Shown: piece after piece, positions 10,477-21,196 of the stretch | Layout: the number at the start of each line of letters is the position of its first letter | Position numbering within the stretch: position 1 is the first letter of the stretch | Assembly: GCA_965199715.1 (NCBI GenBank) | Contig: OZ241322.1 | Location: 1,376,001 to 1,440,000 of the forward strand | DNA from: Vicinamibacteria bacterium | Lineage (GTDB): Bacteria; Acidobacteriota; Vicinamibacteria; Marinacidobacterales; Marinacidobacteraceae | Length of the DNA: 64,000 bases | Reading direction: 5' to 3' | Program-made: the position numbers and the translations under genes | The notes under the pieces: model-generated | Told to the model about the DNA's origin: nothing | The model's input: only the letters and a program-made list of their open reading frames with translations | The model's database searches: none

Positions 10477-11247
10477 ATGGACAGCGCGGGCGCGATCTTC
10501 CGGTTGGCGGCGCTCGTGTGCCTCGTCTGCTCGCTGCTCGTCTCGGGCGCGGCGGTCCTCCTGAAGCCGCGCCAGACCGAGAACGCCGAGCGCGACCGGC
10601 AGCGCAACGTGCTCGTCGCGAGCGGCCTCGCGGGCGCCGGCGAGGACATGACCGACGACGAGATGGCCGAGCGGTTCCGCAGCGTGCGCGCCGTGGTCGT
10701 GGACCTCGCCACCGGCGAGACGCTCCCCGACGTGGACCCGGCCGAGGTGGATCCGCTCCTCGAGGCCAGCGACCCGGCGCGCTCCCGCGCCGCCCCCGAG
10801 AACCCGGCCCGCATCCGCCGCATCGAGAACCGCTCGGTCGTCTGGCGGGTCGAGGACGACGGCGAGCTGGAGGTCCTCGTCCTGCCGGTGCGCGGCCAGG
10901 GCCTGTGGTCGGTGCTGCACGGCTTCGTCGCACTCGACCGCGATCTGAACACGGTCCGGGGCATCACCTTCCACGAGCACGCGGAGACCCCCGGGCTCGG
11001 CGGCGAGGTGGACAACCCGGACTGGAAGGCGCTGTGGCCCGGCCGCCGGGCGTTCTCCGAGGCCGGGTTTCCGGTGATCGAGGTCGCCCGGGGCGCCGCC
11101 GGCCCGGTCGCCGAGGATCCGCACCGGGTGGACGGGCTCGCCGGCGCGACGATCACGAGCCGCGGGGTCACGAACCTGCTGCGGTTCTGGCTGGACGAGA
11201 ACGGCTTCGGTCCCTACCTCGAGCGCCTTCGGGCGGAGGCCGGCTGA
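10477..11247 (+). CDS. nqrC: Na+-NQR subunit C
   Basis: [18 protein letters not shown] motif [13 protein letters not shown]. Confidence 0.95.
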   Translation: MDSAGAIFRLAALVCLVCSLLVSGAAVLLKPRQTENAERDRQRNVLVASGLAGAGEDMTDDEMAERFRSVRAVVVDLATGETLPDVDPAEVDPLLEASDPARSRAAPENPARIRRIENRSVVWRVEDDGELEVLVLPVRGQGLWSVLHGFVALDRDLNTVRGITFHEHAETPGLGGEVDNPDWKALWPGRRAFSEAGFPVIEVARGAAGPVAEDPHRVDGLAGATITSRGVTNLLRFWLDENGFGPYLERLRAEAG

Positions 11248-11873
11248 TGGCCGAGACCCCGATGAAGCGGGTGTTGCTGGACCCGCTCGTCCACAACAAC
11301 CCGATCGCGCTTCAGGTGCTCGGGATCTGCTCGGCGCTCGCGGTCACGACCGGCATGGAGACGTCGGCGGTGATGAGCGTCGCCGTGATCGGTGTGAACG
11401 CGCTGTCGAACCTGTCGGTCTCGCTGCTGCGCCACCGGATCCCCACGAGCATCCGGATCATCGTGCAGCTCACGATCATCGCCTCGCTGGTCATCATCAC
11501 CGACCAGATCCTCAAGGCGTACGTCTATGAGGTGTCGCGCCAGCTCAGCGTGTTCGTGGGACTCATCATCACGAACTGCATCATCATGGGCCGGGCCGAG
11601 GCGTTCGCGATGCAGAACCCGCCGCTGCGCAGCTTCATCGACGGCCTCGGCAACGGGATCGGCTACGCGACGCTGCTCATGATCACCGGGGCCGCGCGCG
11701 AGGTGTTCGGCTCGGGGACGTTCTGGGGCTATCCGGTCCTGCCGCTCGCGTCGGAGGGCGGCTGGTTCACGCCGAACGGCCTGATGACGCTCTCGCCGGG
11801 CGCGTTCTTCGTCATCGGCTTCCTGATCTGGATCCTGCGGGTCTTCCGGCCCGAACAGGTGGAGAGCGACTGA
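11247..11873 (+). CDS. nqrD: Na+-NQR subunit D
   Basis: [38 protein letters not shown]; TGATG overlap with nqrC. Confidence 0.96.
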   Translation: MAETPMKRVLLDPLVHNNPIALQVLGICSALAVTTGMETSAVMSVAVIGVNALSNLSVSLLRHRIPTSIRIIVQLTIIASLVIITDQILKAYVYEVSRQLSVFVGLIITNCIIMGRAEAFAMQNPPLRSFIDGLGNGIGYATLLMITGAAREVFGSGTFWGYPVLPLASEGGWFTPNGLMTLSPGAFFVIGFLIWILRVFRPEQVESD

Positions 11874-12490
11874 TGCTCGAGAACTACCTCAGCATCGTGG
11901 TCAAGGCCGTCTTCGTCGAGAACATGGCCCTCACGTTCTTCCTCGGCATGTGCTCGTTCCTCGCGGTCTCGCGCCGCGTGACCACCGCGATCGGCCTCGG
12001 CGCGGCGGTGATCTTCGTGCTCACCGTGACGGCGCCGCTGAACCACGCGATCAACGACTGGCTGCTGCGGCCCGGCGCGCTCGGGTGGGCTCACGAGGCG
12101 CTCGCCGGGCAGGACCTCTCGTTCCTGCGGTTCCTGACCTTCATCGGGACGATCGCCGCGACGGTCCAGATCGTGGAGATGGTCCTCGACCGGCACTTCC
12201 CCGCGCTCCACGCCGCGCTCGGCGTGTTCCTGCCGCTGATCGCGGTGAACTGCGCGATCCTTGGAGCCTCGCTGCTCATGATCGAGCGGGGGCTGACGCT
12301 GCCCGAGGCGACCTTCTTCGGACTGGGCTCGGGGATCGGCTGGGCGCTCGCCATCGCCGCGCTCGCCGGGATTCGGGAGCGGCTGCGCTACCACCAGATC
12401 CCGGCCGGGCTGCGCGGGCTTGGGATCACCTTCCTGCTCACCGGACTCATGGCCATCGGGTTCATGGCCTTCGGCGGCATCCAGCTCTAG
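11873..12490 (+). CDS. nqrE: Na+-NQR subunit E
   Basis: [40 protein letters not shown]. Confidence 0.96.
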   Translation: MLENYLSIVVKAVFVENMALTFFLGMCSFLAVSRRVTTAIGLGAAVIFVLTVTAPLNHAINDWLLRPGALGWAHEALAGQDLSFLRFLTFIGTIAATVQIVEMVLDRHFPALHAALGVFLPLIAVNCAILGASLLMIERGLTLPEATFFGLGSGIGWALAIAALAGIRERLRYHQIPAGLRGLGITFLLTGLMAIGFMAFGGIQL

Positions 12491-13720
12491 ATGGCGACGA
12501 TCCTCCTCGGCGTCGCCGGGTTCGCCGGGGTCATCCTGGCGCTGGTGTGGGTGCTGATCCTCGCCCGTGAGCGCCTCGTCGCGACGGGCGAGGTGCGCAT
12601 CCGCATCAACGGCGACGAGGCGCGCGACATCCGCACGCCGGCGGGCGGCACGCTCCTCGGCACGCTCGCCGCGAACCAGCTCTTCATCCCCTCGGCGTGC
12701 GGCGGCAAGGGAAGCTGCGGGGTCTGCACCCTGACGGTCACGAGCGGGGGCGGAGCGGTCCTGCCGACCGAGCGCAACCACCTCACCCGGGGCGAGGAGC
12801 GCGGCGGGGTGCGGCTCTCCTGCCAGGTCAAGGTGAAGCAGGACATGGAGGTCGAGATCCCCCCGGAGCTCTTCAGCGTGCGCCGCTGGAAGTGCCGGGT
12901 GATCTCGAACGACAACGTGGCGACGTTCATCAAGGAACTGCGGCTCGCGCTCCCCGAGGGCGAGGAGGTGCCGTTCCGCGCCGGCGGCTACATCCAGATC
13001 GAGTGCCCGCCCTACGAACTCAGCTACCGGGACTTCGAGATCGACGGCGAGTACCGGGACGACTGGGACCGCTTCAACATGTGGCGGTTCGAGTCGTCGG
13101 TGGCGACCGACGAGGAGGTCGTGCGCGCTTATTCGATGGCGAACTACCCCGAGGAGCGGGGCGTCATCTTCCTGAACGTCCGCATCGCCTCGCCGCCGCC
13201 GCGCCAGCCCGACGTCCCGCCCGGCAAGATGACCTCGTGGCTCTTCAGCCTGAAGCCGGGCGACGAGGTGACCATCTCGGGCCCCTTCGGCGAGTTCTTC
13301 GCGAAGGAGACCGAGGCCGAGATGATCTTCATCGGCGGCGGCGCCGGCATGGCCCCGATGCGCTCGCACATCTTCGACCAGTTCCGGCGCCTGCGGACCT
13401 CGCGCAAGGTCTCCTTCTGGTACGGCGCGCGGAGCCTTCGGGAGGCGTTCTACCAGGAGGACTTCAACCGGATCGCGGCCGAGTTCCCGAACTTCGAATG
13501 GAAGCTCGCGCTCTCCGAACCGCTCCCCGAGGACGGCTGGAACGGCTTGACCGGGTTCATCCACCAGGTCCTCCTCGACGAGTACCTGAAGAACCACAAG
13601 AGCCCCGAGGACGCGGAGTACTACCTGTGCGGCCCGCCGATGATGCTGAAGGCATGCCTCCAGATGCTGGACAACCTCGGCGTGGAGCCGCAGAACATCG
13701 CGTTCGACGATTTCGGCTAG
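12491..13720 (+). CDS. nqrF: Na+-NQR subunit F (2Fe-2S, FAD, NADH-binding)
   Basis: [12 protein letters not shown]...[31 protein letters not shown], terminal DDFG. Confidence 0.97.
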   Translation: MATILLGVAGFAGVILALVWVLILARERLVATGEVRIRINGDEARDIRTPAGGTLLGTLAANQLFIPSACGGKGSCGVCTLTVTSGGGAVLPTERNHLTRGEERGGVRLSCQVKVKQDMEVEIPPELFSVRRWKCRVISNDNVATFIKELRLALPEGEEVPFRAGGYIQIECPPYELSYRDFEIDGEYRDDWDRFNMWRFESSVATDEEVVRAYSMANYPEERGVIFLNVRIASPPPRQPDVPPGKMTSWLFSLKPGDEVTISGPFGEFFAKETEAEMIFIGGGAGMAPMRSHIFDQFRRLRTSRKVSFWYGARSLREAFYQEDFNRIAAEFPNFEWKLALSEPLPEDGWNGLTGFIHQVLLDEYLKNHKSPEDAEYYLCGPPMMLKACLQMLDNLGVEPQNIAFDDFG

Positions 13721-14676
13721 TGCGCCGGCTCGCGCTCGCGCTCGCGCTCGTCGGGTGCGCCCCGGAGCCCGAGATCCGGGAAGCGTCCGGCGAGGCGTTC
13801 GGAACCCGCTGGACGGTGCGGGCGCGGGGACCGGGACCCGATCTTGCGTCGCTGGTTCCGCCGGCGCTCGAGCGGGTGGACGAAGCGATGTCCAACTGGC
13901 GGGACGACTCGGAACTGTCGCGGCTGAACCGGTCGGACCCGGGCCCGCAGCCGGTGTCGCTCGAACTCGCGACCGTGCTCGCCGCGGCGATCCGGATCCA
14001 CGAGGAGTCGGGCGGAGCGTTCGACGTCACCGTCGCGCCGCTGCTCGCGCTGTGGGGATTCGGGCCGGGCGGCCCGCGCGACGCGCCCGCCGGGGCGGAG
14101 ATCGAGGACGCGATGGCCCGGACCGGAAGCGGGCGGCTCGCGCTGCTTGGGACGACGCTCGCCCGCGACCGGCCGGGAGTCGAGATCGACCTCTCGGCCA
14201 TCGCCAAGGGGTACGCCGCGGACCTCGTGCACGAAGCGCTGGTGGCGGGCGGATCCGCGGAACACCTCGTCGAGATCGGCGGCGACCTGCGCATCCTCGG
14301 CGCGTGGCGGATCGGCGTCGAGAACCCGGGCCCGGCGCTGGCGCCGGGCGTGGCGCGGTCGTTCCGGCTTCGGGACGGGGGCGTCGCGACCTCGGGCGGA
14401 TACCGCGACTTCCGGGAGGAGGACGGCGGGTTCCTCACCCACGTCCTCGATCCCCGGATCGGGCGGCCGGTCCCGCGCCGCTCCGGCTCGGTCACCGTGT
14501 TCGCGCCCACGGCGCTCGAGGCGGACGCCTGGGCGACCGCGCTCTTCGCGCTGGGGCCCGTGGACGGCGCGGCGCTCGCCGAGCGGCGGGGACTCGCCGC
14601 GCTGTTCCTGACGGCGGGTCCGGACGGGGAGATCGAGGAGCGGACGACGGCGGCATGGCGCGGTAGCCTTCGCTGA
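13720..14676 (+). CDS. apbE: FAD:protein FMN transferase
   Basis: Lipobox LVGC, DSELSRLN, FDVTVAPL, DLSAIAKGYAAD, ATSGGY, HVLDPR, ADAWATA. Confidence 0.92.
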   Translation: MRRLALALALVGCAPEPEIREASGEAFGTRWTVRARGPGPDLASLVPPALERVDEAMSNWRDDSELSRLNRSDPGPQPVSLELATVLAAAIRIHEESGGAFDVTVAPLLALWGFGPGGPRDAPAGAEIEDAMARTGSGRLALLGTTLARDRPGVEIDLSAIAKGYAADLVHEALVAGGSAEHLVEIGGDLRILGAWRIGVENPGPALAPGVARSFRLRDGGVATSGGYRDFREEDGGFLTHVLDPRIGRPVPRRSGSVTVFAPTALEADAWATALFALGPVDGAALAERRGLAALFLTAGPDGEIEERTTAAWRGSLR

Positions 14677-14678
14677 GG

Positions 14679-14858
14679 ATGTTCTCGACTCTCGGCGTCC
14701 TGCTCCTGGGGCTGCTCGTGACCGGCGGGTCGATCTTCCTGCTCGGGGTCGGCTCGCTGCTGCGGCGGCGCTGCACGCTCAGCACCTGCGGGACCGAAGC
14801 CGCCCGCGAGGCGTGCGCCGAGTGTCCGGTGGCGCGCGCCGGGAGCGGCCGGACGTAA
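14679..14858 (+). CDS. nqrM: NqrM-like Na+-NQR maturation peptide (59 aa)
   Basis: Translated by hand: MFSTLGVLLLGLLVTGGSIFLLGVGSLLRRRCTLSTCGTEAAREACAECPVARAGSGRT; one TM helix then 4 Cys, directly after apbE. Confidence 0.7.
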   Translation: MFSTLGVLLLGLLVTGGSIFLLGVGSLLRRRCTLSTCGTEAAREACAECPVARAGSGRT

Positions 14859-14948
14859 CCGAGTCTTGGCGGGGCGTTCGCCGCGGGCCCACCGATCGCC
14901 GTTCCCGCCGCGGCGAGACTGCCGCCTCGCTTCGAGGGATCGCTCATC

Positions 14949-16850
14949 ATGTTCCGTCTTCTGTTCCCGGCGCTCCTGCTGGCGCCGGCGCCGCTCGCCG
15001 CGCAGACGCTCACGAGCATCCAGGGCTTCGTCACCGACGACACCGGGGCGGTCCTGCCCGGCGCGACGCTCGAACTGGCCGACCGGGAGCGCGGCCAGGT
15101 TCGGACCGCGCTCACGAACGGCGACGGGTCCTAAGCGCTGCGGAGCGTTGCGAGCGGCCGCCAAGACCTGACCGCCTCGCTCTCGGGCTTCCAGCCGCAG
15201 CGCCTCGAGGACGTGCCGGTGCTCGTCGGGCAGGCGCTCGACTTCGACTTCCGGCTCGCGCTGGGCTCGGTGGAGGAGACCGTCGTGGTCACCGGCGAGG
15301 CGCCGCTGCTCGAGGTGGGGCGCGGCGGGGCGGCCGGCTACGTCGAGGCCGAGGAGATCACGCAGATTCCGATCTCCGGGCGCGACTTCGTCCAGTTTGC
15401 GCTCCTGAAGCCGACGGTCAAGGTCGAGCCCCAGCGAAGCGGGACCTCGCTGTCGGGGCAGCGCGGGGTCAACTCGGGGCTCACGATCGACGGCGTGGTC
15501 GCGAAAAGCACGTTCTTCGGCTACGGGCGCGGCGGCGAGACCACCGAGAACGGCGGCCTCGTCATCGCGCAGGAGTCGGTGCGCGAGTTCCAGGTGGTCA
15601 CGAGCGGCTACTCCGCCGAGGCCGGGCGGTCCGGCGGCGGCTACATCAACGTCGTCACCAAGGGACGCGACCAACGCGTTCGCCGGCTCCAGCTTCCTGT
15701 TCTTCCGCGACCAGCGCCTCGTGTCCCGGCTTCCGCAGTCGCTCCTCGACGCCTCGCAGGGCGTGGACCCCGGCGACGGGCGCTACGACGTGGACGAGTT
15801 CCGCCGCTAAACTGGGGCGCCTCGGTCGGCGGACCGATCCGCAAGGACCGCGCCCACTTCTTCGTCTCGTGGGACCAGACCGACCGCAGCCAGCCGTTCA
15901 TCCGGGACATCCGGGGGCGGGGCCAGTTCGACGCGGTGAACGCCCGCTATCCGGAGGCGCTCGCCGGATTCGAGCCGAACGCCGACGGGACCGCCTCGGC
16001 GGATCCGGTGGAAGGGCGCACCGCGAGCGGCCAGTTCGTACGCGAGACCGGCAACCTCATCCGGTTCGCCAAGCTCACCCACGCGCTCGGCGACCGGCAC
16101 ACCCTCTCCGCCCGGTACAACTTCACCGACTTCGCCCGGCTTTCCGACTACGTCGGCGAGGAATCGCGGAAGGAGGAGCGGACGCACTCGATGGTCGGGT
16201 CGCTCGTGTCCCGGATCGGCGAGACCGGCGTGAACGAGCTCCGGGTGCAGTACGCGCTCGACTGCCTCGACCGGTGCGCGAACCTCCCGGACTCCGGGCT
16301 GCAGGCCAACTTCCGCATCTTCTCGCCGGCGTTCGCCTCCTTCGGCAAGCCGTGGCGGCTCCCCATCGACGTGGACGAGTCGCAGTTGGCAGACCGCTTC
16401 TCCGTCCTCAGCGGCAACCACGAGCTGCGGATCGGCTTCGGCTTCAACCAGGACTACTTGAGCGAGCACTTCGCGAGCAACGCCGACGGGCGGTACGACT
16501 TCGACTCGGTGGACGACTTCCTGAACGGGCAGGCGGCGCGGGCGCATCTTCTTCGGGGACGTGTCCCACCCGAACTTCGAGGTGACGCAGCGGACGCTCG
16601 GGATCTACGCGCAGGACGCTTGGAGCCCGAACCCGCGCCTGACCCTCAACCTCGGCGTCCGCTGGGACGACGCCTTCCACCCGGACGAGTTCGAGCACGT
16701 GCTGCCGGAAGGGACGAGCATTCCGGGCGACCTCGACAACTTCGGCCCCCGCTTCGGCTTCGTCTGGTCGCTCGACGAGCGCAGCCTGATCCGGAGCGGC
16801 GCCGGCCCGTTCTACGGACGCACGCCGACGGTCCTGCGCGCCCCCCCTGA
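14949..16850 (+). pseudogene. Oar-type TonB-dependent receptor with carboxypeptidase-regulatory-like N domain; disrupted and truncated
   Basis: GFVTDDTGAVLPGAT, VEETVVVTGEAP, SVREFQVVTSGYSAEAGR, YAQDAWSPNPRLTLNLGVRW; in-frame TAA at 15132, frameshifts near 15668, 15810 and 16545; most of the barrel is missing. Confidence 0.85.
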
Positions 16851-16913
16851 GCCGCAGACCCGCGGCCATTCCACAGCGAGGCGCCCGCCGGACGCTCCGG
16901 GATCCGCTTCGGC

Positions 16914-17654
16914 CTACAGCGCGACCCGCGAGAACGTCTCGGTCTCGAGCTCCCGGTATCGCTCGGCGTCCGCGGTGCGCTCCCGGGGGATCGCCTGGAC
17001 CACGTGCGCGCCGAACTTGAGCGCGCCGCGGATCCCGGGCCAGAGGTCCTCGTCCCCCGAAACCACGACGAGCGTCTCGCGGGTCTTGTACGCGAAGCGC
17101 ATCAGATCGACCACGATCATCGAGTCCACGAGCTTCTGTTCCCCGCGCTCCAGAACGTCCTCCGGCGCGACCTCGCAGCCGGGCATGGGGCAGCGGCCGC
17201 GGTTGACGAAACGCTGGACTCCGCCGATGGGACAGCTCTGTTGAACGAAGCACTCCGCGGGGGGCGTGGTGCCACACTTCAGGTTCTCGGGGAACGGGCG
17301 GCGGCGGTAGGTGTGGGTGAGGTCCACGTCGTCGTCCGCGAGCGAACGCGCCAGTTCCACCATGACGGAGACGGCGACCAGATCGTTTCCCGCCGCCACG
17401 TCGAGCCGGCGCGGGATTTGGTCGAGTTCCCGAACGAGCCCGCCCGCCCGTCCGGACGGCTCCGGCCCTTCGAACCAGCCGCCGTACAGCCGGCAGCGGA
17501 CGCCGGGCCGGCCGTCCCGATGGTCGGCGCGCCCCTCGTCCACCTCCGCGGCGAGCGACGGACCGAGCGCGTCGAGCAGATCGTCCACGACGTAGCGCAC
17601 GCCCTGGCGGCGCTCGTCCCGGTCGATGTTGTCGTAGTCGATGAGCAGGATCAC
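16914..17654 (-). CDS. NYN/LabA (PIN-fold) nuclease domain protein with Cys-rich insert
   Basis: LLIDYDN, EQKLVDSMIVVD, VVVSGDEDLWP acidic motifs. Confidence 0.8.
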   Translation of the reverse strand: MILLIDYDNIDRDERRQGVRYVVDDLLDALGPSLAAEVDEGRADHRDGRPGVRCRLYGGWFEGPEPSGRAGGLVRELDQIPRRLDVAAGNDLVAVSVMVELARSLADDDVDLTHTYRRRPFPENLKCGTTPPAECFVQQSCPIGGVQRFVNRGRCPMPGCEVAPEDVLERGEQKLVDSMIVVDLMRFAYKTRETLVVVSGDEDLWPGIRGALKFGAHVVQAIPRERTADAERYRELETETFSRVAL

Positions 17655-18609
17655 GACTCCGACTCCGAGTCGTCTTCCAGCGCGTCGTCCAGCTTGTCGA
17701 CGTACGGGTCGAAGGTGCGCTTCATGGCGGCGGCGGCCTCGTTGAGCTCCCGCAGCTTCGCCGGATCGGGCTTCCCCTCATGGCTGACGTCGACGCCGTA
17801 CGGCACAACCCAACGGTTCGCCCCGATCTGATCCCATGCGAGCGGGCGCCGGAAGCCGCACTCGGCGAACTCCCGGTCTATCTCCTGCTGGTGCTTCCGG
17901 AGGGCGGCCAAGGCGCGAATCCACTTCTTCCCGCTGTTCGTGACCACGACCCGCGATGTCTTGCTGTTGGCGGCGACCCGGTAGATCAGCCCCGGTTTTC
18001 CGGGCGGGAGTCGTAAGGATGCCGTCGAGGCTCGGAGTCCGATGGCTGAAGGGGGATTCGATGTTCTCCCGGCGCGCCTGCTCATAGAGGAGCGTCATGA
18101 AGTTCCGCTTCTTGACCGGCGTCGGCGAGAGCTCGGCGGCGTCCGGATGCGATTCCACTTCCGGCGGTTCGACGACCACGGAAAACAGCGGCGCGGGATC
18201 CGGTCCCCGCGATCCGGATCGCCCGAACCGTGACCAACCAGACGTGTCCGATCCCACGTTCGTTCAGCGTCTCCACCGCCCGCGCGGTTCGGGTCGCGCC
18301 TCCCCGGCGATCCCTACGGCCCGCTGGACGTCGCGCTCGGAGAGATAACGTCACGAGCTGCCCGAGACGCCGGTGATCCGTCTTCCCGAATTGGTTCTCG
18401 ATGACCACGTCGCCGAAATCGGTTTCCGCCACCAGATCGAGCCAGAACGCTCCGGCCTGGACCTGCCCGCGGACGCTCGTCAAGCCCAGGCCGAGCAGCT
18501 TGTCCAGTTCCTCGACGTCGTCCCGGAGCCAGGGAGTGAAATCTCGGTCTTCGGTCTTCCAGACGTCCTTGAGGGGCACGTCCCCGATTCTGCTGATCTT
18601 CTTGGCCAT
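17651..18609 (-). pseudogene. DUF4268-like PD-(D/E)XK nuclease-fold protein, frameshifted
   Basis: VPLKDVWKTEDRDFTPWL, DLVAE...VVIENQFGKTDH.RLGQLVT, PAPLFSVVVEP and the C-terminal helical part lie in different frames (about 4 indels). Confidence 0.75.
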
Positions 18610-18614
18610 CGCCG

Positions 18615-19766
18615 TCAAACCCCCCGGCCCCCCTCGCGAAGCTCGTCCAGCGGGTAGAACGTCCCCCGCCACTCCACGCCGCCCCGCGACAGCGTCCGCA
18701 CCGCCGATTTCCAGATCAGGACCGTCACGAGCGTTCCGAACGCCGGCAGCAGGATCACGGTCCACAGCGGGGTTCGCTGGTCCACCGCCCCCACGACGTA
18801 CAGCGACGCGGCCACCAGGCCGGTGACCGACGCGAACGCCGCCGTCCAGCCGCCGAGCCACGCGCCGACAACGGGCCAGACGAAGAACGCGATGGTGGCC
18901 ACGGTCCCGGCGAACGCCGCCCGGAGCGAGTAGCCGTAGCCGGGGAAGATCCCTCGGGTGAGGCCTCGCACCATCGCGCGGAAATTCGGGTACCACTCGA
19001 CCCGGATCAGCTTCCTGCCGCGGACGAGGCGCGAGGCGCCGCCGGCCTCCTTCATCAGGCGGCCGAGCCCGATGTCGTCCAGAACCTCGAGGCGGAGCGA
19101 TTCATGGCCGCCCGCGGCGCGGTAGACGGATCGCCGCACCAAGTTGAACGCGCCGACGCCGGCGTGAGCGGAGCTGCGCGGGTCGGGGATGCGCCAGGGC
19201 TTGAGATGCATGCTCAGGGACATCAGGAACATCGTCGCGAACGCCTGCATCCATCCCGGCAGCGAGAAGTGGGGAAACACCGTCAGGTGGTCGAGCGAGC
19301 GCCGCTCGGCGAGCGCGAGGGCGTGGCGCAGCGTCGAAGGCTCCATCACGACATCCGCGTCGGTGAACAGCAACCACGCGCCTCGGGCCGCCTGCGAAGC
19401 TCGGTGGAGCGCATGGCACTTGCCGAGCCAGCCCGCCGGCAGCTCGTCGATGCGGATCGTGCGCAGCCGCTCGTGCTCGGCGGCGAGCCGGGCGAGGATC
19501 TCCGGCGTGCGGTCCGACGAACGGTCGTCCACCGCGATGACCTCGAAGTCGGGGTACTCCTGCGCGAGATGAGACAGCGCCGCGGCCTCGACGCCCTCCT
19601 CCTCGTCGAGCGCCGCAAAGATGATGCTGACGCGGGGCGTCGCGCCGCCGTCCGTCGGCATGCGGTGGAGCTCCTCCACCTTGCGGGCGCCGAGCAGGGC
19701 CTCGATCGCCAAGCTGACCGCGACGACGCAAATCAGCGCGGACAGCGCGAAGAGGATCGTCTCCAT
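18615..19766 (-). CDS. membrane glycosyltransferase family 2 (CrtQ/HpnB-like)
   Basis: VDDRSSDRT, GWLGKCHAL, FTDADV, LDDIGLG, terminal VEWRG. Confidence 0.88.
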   Translation of the reverse strand: METILFALSALICVVAVSLAIEALLGARKVEELHRMPTDGGATPRVSIIFAALDEEEGVEAAALSHLAQEYPDFEVIAVDDRSSDRTPEILARLAAEHERLRTIRIDELPAGWLGKCHALHRASQAARGAWLLFTDADVVMEPSTLRHALALAERRSLDHLTVFPHFSLPGWMQAFATMFLMSLSMHLKPWRIPDPRSSAHAGVGAFNLVRRSVYRAAGGHESLRLEVLDDIGLGRLMKEAGGASRLVRGRKLIRVEWYPNFRAMVRGLTRGIFPGYGYSLRAAFAGTVATIAFFVWPVVGAWLGGWTAAFASVTGLVAASLYVVGAVDQRTPLWTVILLPAFGTLVTVLIWKSAVRTLSRGGVEWRGTFYPLDELREGGRGV

Positions 19767-19778
19767 TCCGAAACTCCG

Positions 19779-21188
19779 TCAGTCGAACGCGGCGAGAACC
19801 GCCCCCACGGTGCGGTTGAGGTAGGCGTCGAAGTCGCCGGGGCTCGGGCCGAGCCGGACGAACACCAGATCCTCGGACGGAATCACCATGGTCACCTGGC
19901 CCATGAAGCCGGCGGCCCAGTAGGCGTCGAGCGGAACGTCGGGGTGGCGCCCGCCGGCGTTGAGCCAGAAGAGTCCGCCGTACTCCTGTTCGGCGGCTCC
20001 CGGGTTGGGCGCGCTCACGAACTCGGACCAACCCTCGGGAAGGATGCGCTCGCCGCCCATCACGCCGTCCTCGAGGTGGAGCAGGCCGAACCGCATCCAG
20101 TCGGCGGCGCTCCCATAGTCGTACCCGCTGAGGATGAAATTGCCCCACGGATCGGTCTCCAGCACGAAGTCGCGGGAGCCGATGCGGTCGAACAGCGCGC
20201 GCTGCGGGAACGTCAGGTACTCGCCGCCGTCGGCCTCGACTGTCTCGCGGACGATCCGCCCGAGCGAGAGCGGGTCGGAGTTGCGGTAGCGGAACTCGGT
20301 TCCGGGCGGAATGCCCGCGGGCTGCGAAGAGGCGTGCTCGAACACGTCCAGCGCGTCGAAATAGACCCGCATGTGCTCGTTTTCGGGGATGAGCGAGGAC
20401 GCGCCGGCGAGGCCGAGGTTCTCCATGTCGAGGCCGCTGGTCATCGTGAGCAGGTGCCGCATCAGGATCGGGGCGCGCTCGTCGCCGGGCTCGCGCCATT
20501 CGGCGATCGGCGCCGGGTCGTCGAGGCCGAAGTGGCCCTGCTGGACGAGCGCGCCGATGAGCGCGGCGGTGACGCTCTTGCCTTCGGACCAACTGATCTG
20601 GGGCGTGTTGCGGGTGAATCCGGGTGCGTAGCGTTCGCCCACGATCCGCCCGAAGCGCACGACGGCGATCGCGCGGGTGTTCTGCCCGGCCGCCATCGCC
20701 GCGCCCAGCGCCGCGTCGAGCGCGTCCCGGTCCACGCCCTCCTGGTCGGGCTCCTCGGCGTCGAGGTCGCCGAGCGGCCACGGCGTAGCCGCCGCGTCCG
20801 GCTGGTTGCGCGGCACCGGAACCGGCTCGTAATGAACGGCGTCCATGCCGTCCTCGAGCAGGACGCAGCCCTGGTCGTCGTGGTACTTCGCGGTGCGGGG
20901 GTTCACGTCCGCCGCCCAGACGGTCGCGCTCCGGGCCTCGGCGTCCATGCGCCATTCGAAGTCGTCCTGCCACGCGAACGCCGGGAACGGCCGGACGTCC
21001 TCGGCGAGCACGGTCTCGGGAGCGCGCTCGGTCACGCGCCCGACGACGTACACGCCGGCGCACAGGTGGTGGGCGGCGATCCCGGCGGCGTAGCGGCGAA
21101 AGCGATCGTCGAGGGCTTCGCCGTCGTTTGTCGGAGCGCCGCAACCGGCGAGCTCGAGAACCAGCAGGAGGATCGGAAATCGGAACAT
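19779..21188 (-). CDS. beta-lactamase class C-like serine hydrolase lipoprotein
   Basis: Lipobox LAGC; SEGK (SxxK), HLLTMTSGL, FRYRN, AAGFMGQ. Confidence 0.85.
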   Translation of the reverse strand: MFRFPILLLVLELAGCGAPTNDGEALDDRFRRYAAGIAAHHLCAGVYVVGRVTERAPETVLAEDVRPFPAFAWQDDFEWRMDAEARSATVWAADVNPRTAKYHDDQGCVLLEDGMDAVHYEPVPVPRNQPDAAATPWPLGDLDAEEPDQEGVDRDALDAALGAAMAAGQNTRAIAVVRFGRIVGERYAPGFTRNTPQISWSEGKSVTAALIGALVQQGHFGLDDPAPIAEWREPGDERAPILMRHLLTMTSGLDMENLGLAGASSLIPENEHMRVYFDALDVFEHASSQPAGIPPGTEFRYRNSDPLSLGRIVRETVEADGGEYLTFPQRALFDRIGSRDFVLETDPWGNFILSGYDYGSAADWMRFGLLHLEDGVMGGERILPEGWSEFVSAPNPGAAEQEYGGLFWLNAGGRHPDVPLDAYWAAGFMGQVTMVIPSEDLVFVRLGPSPGDFDAYLNRTVGAVLAAFD

Positions 21189-21196
21189 GGTCGGCC

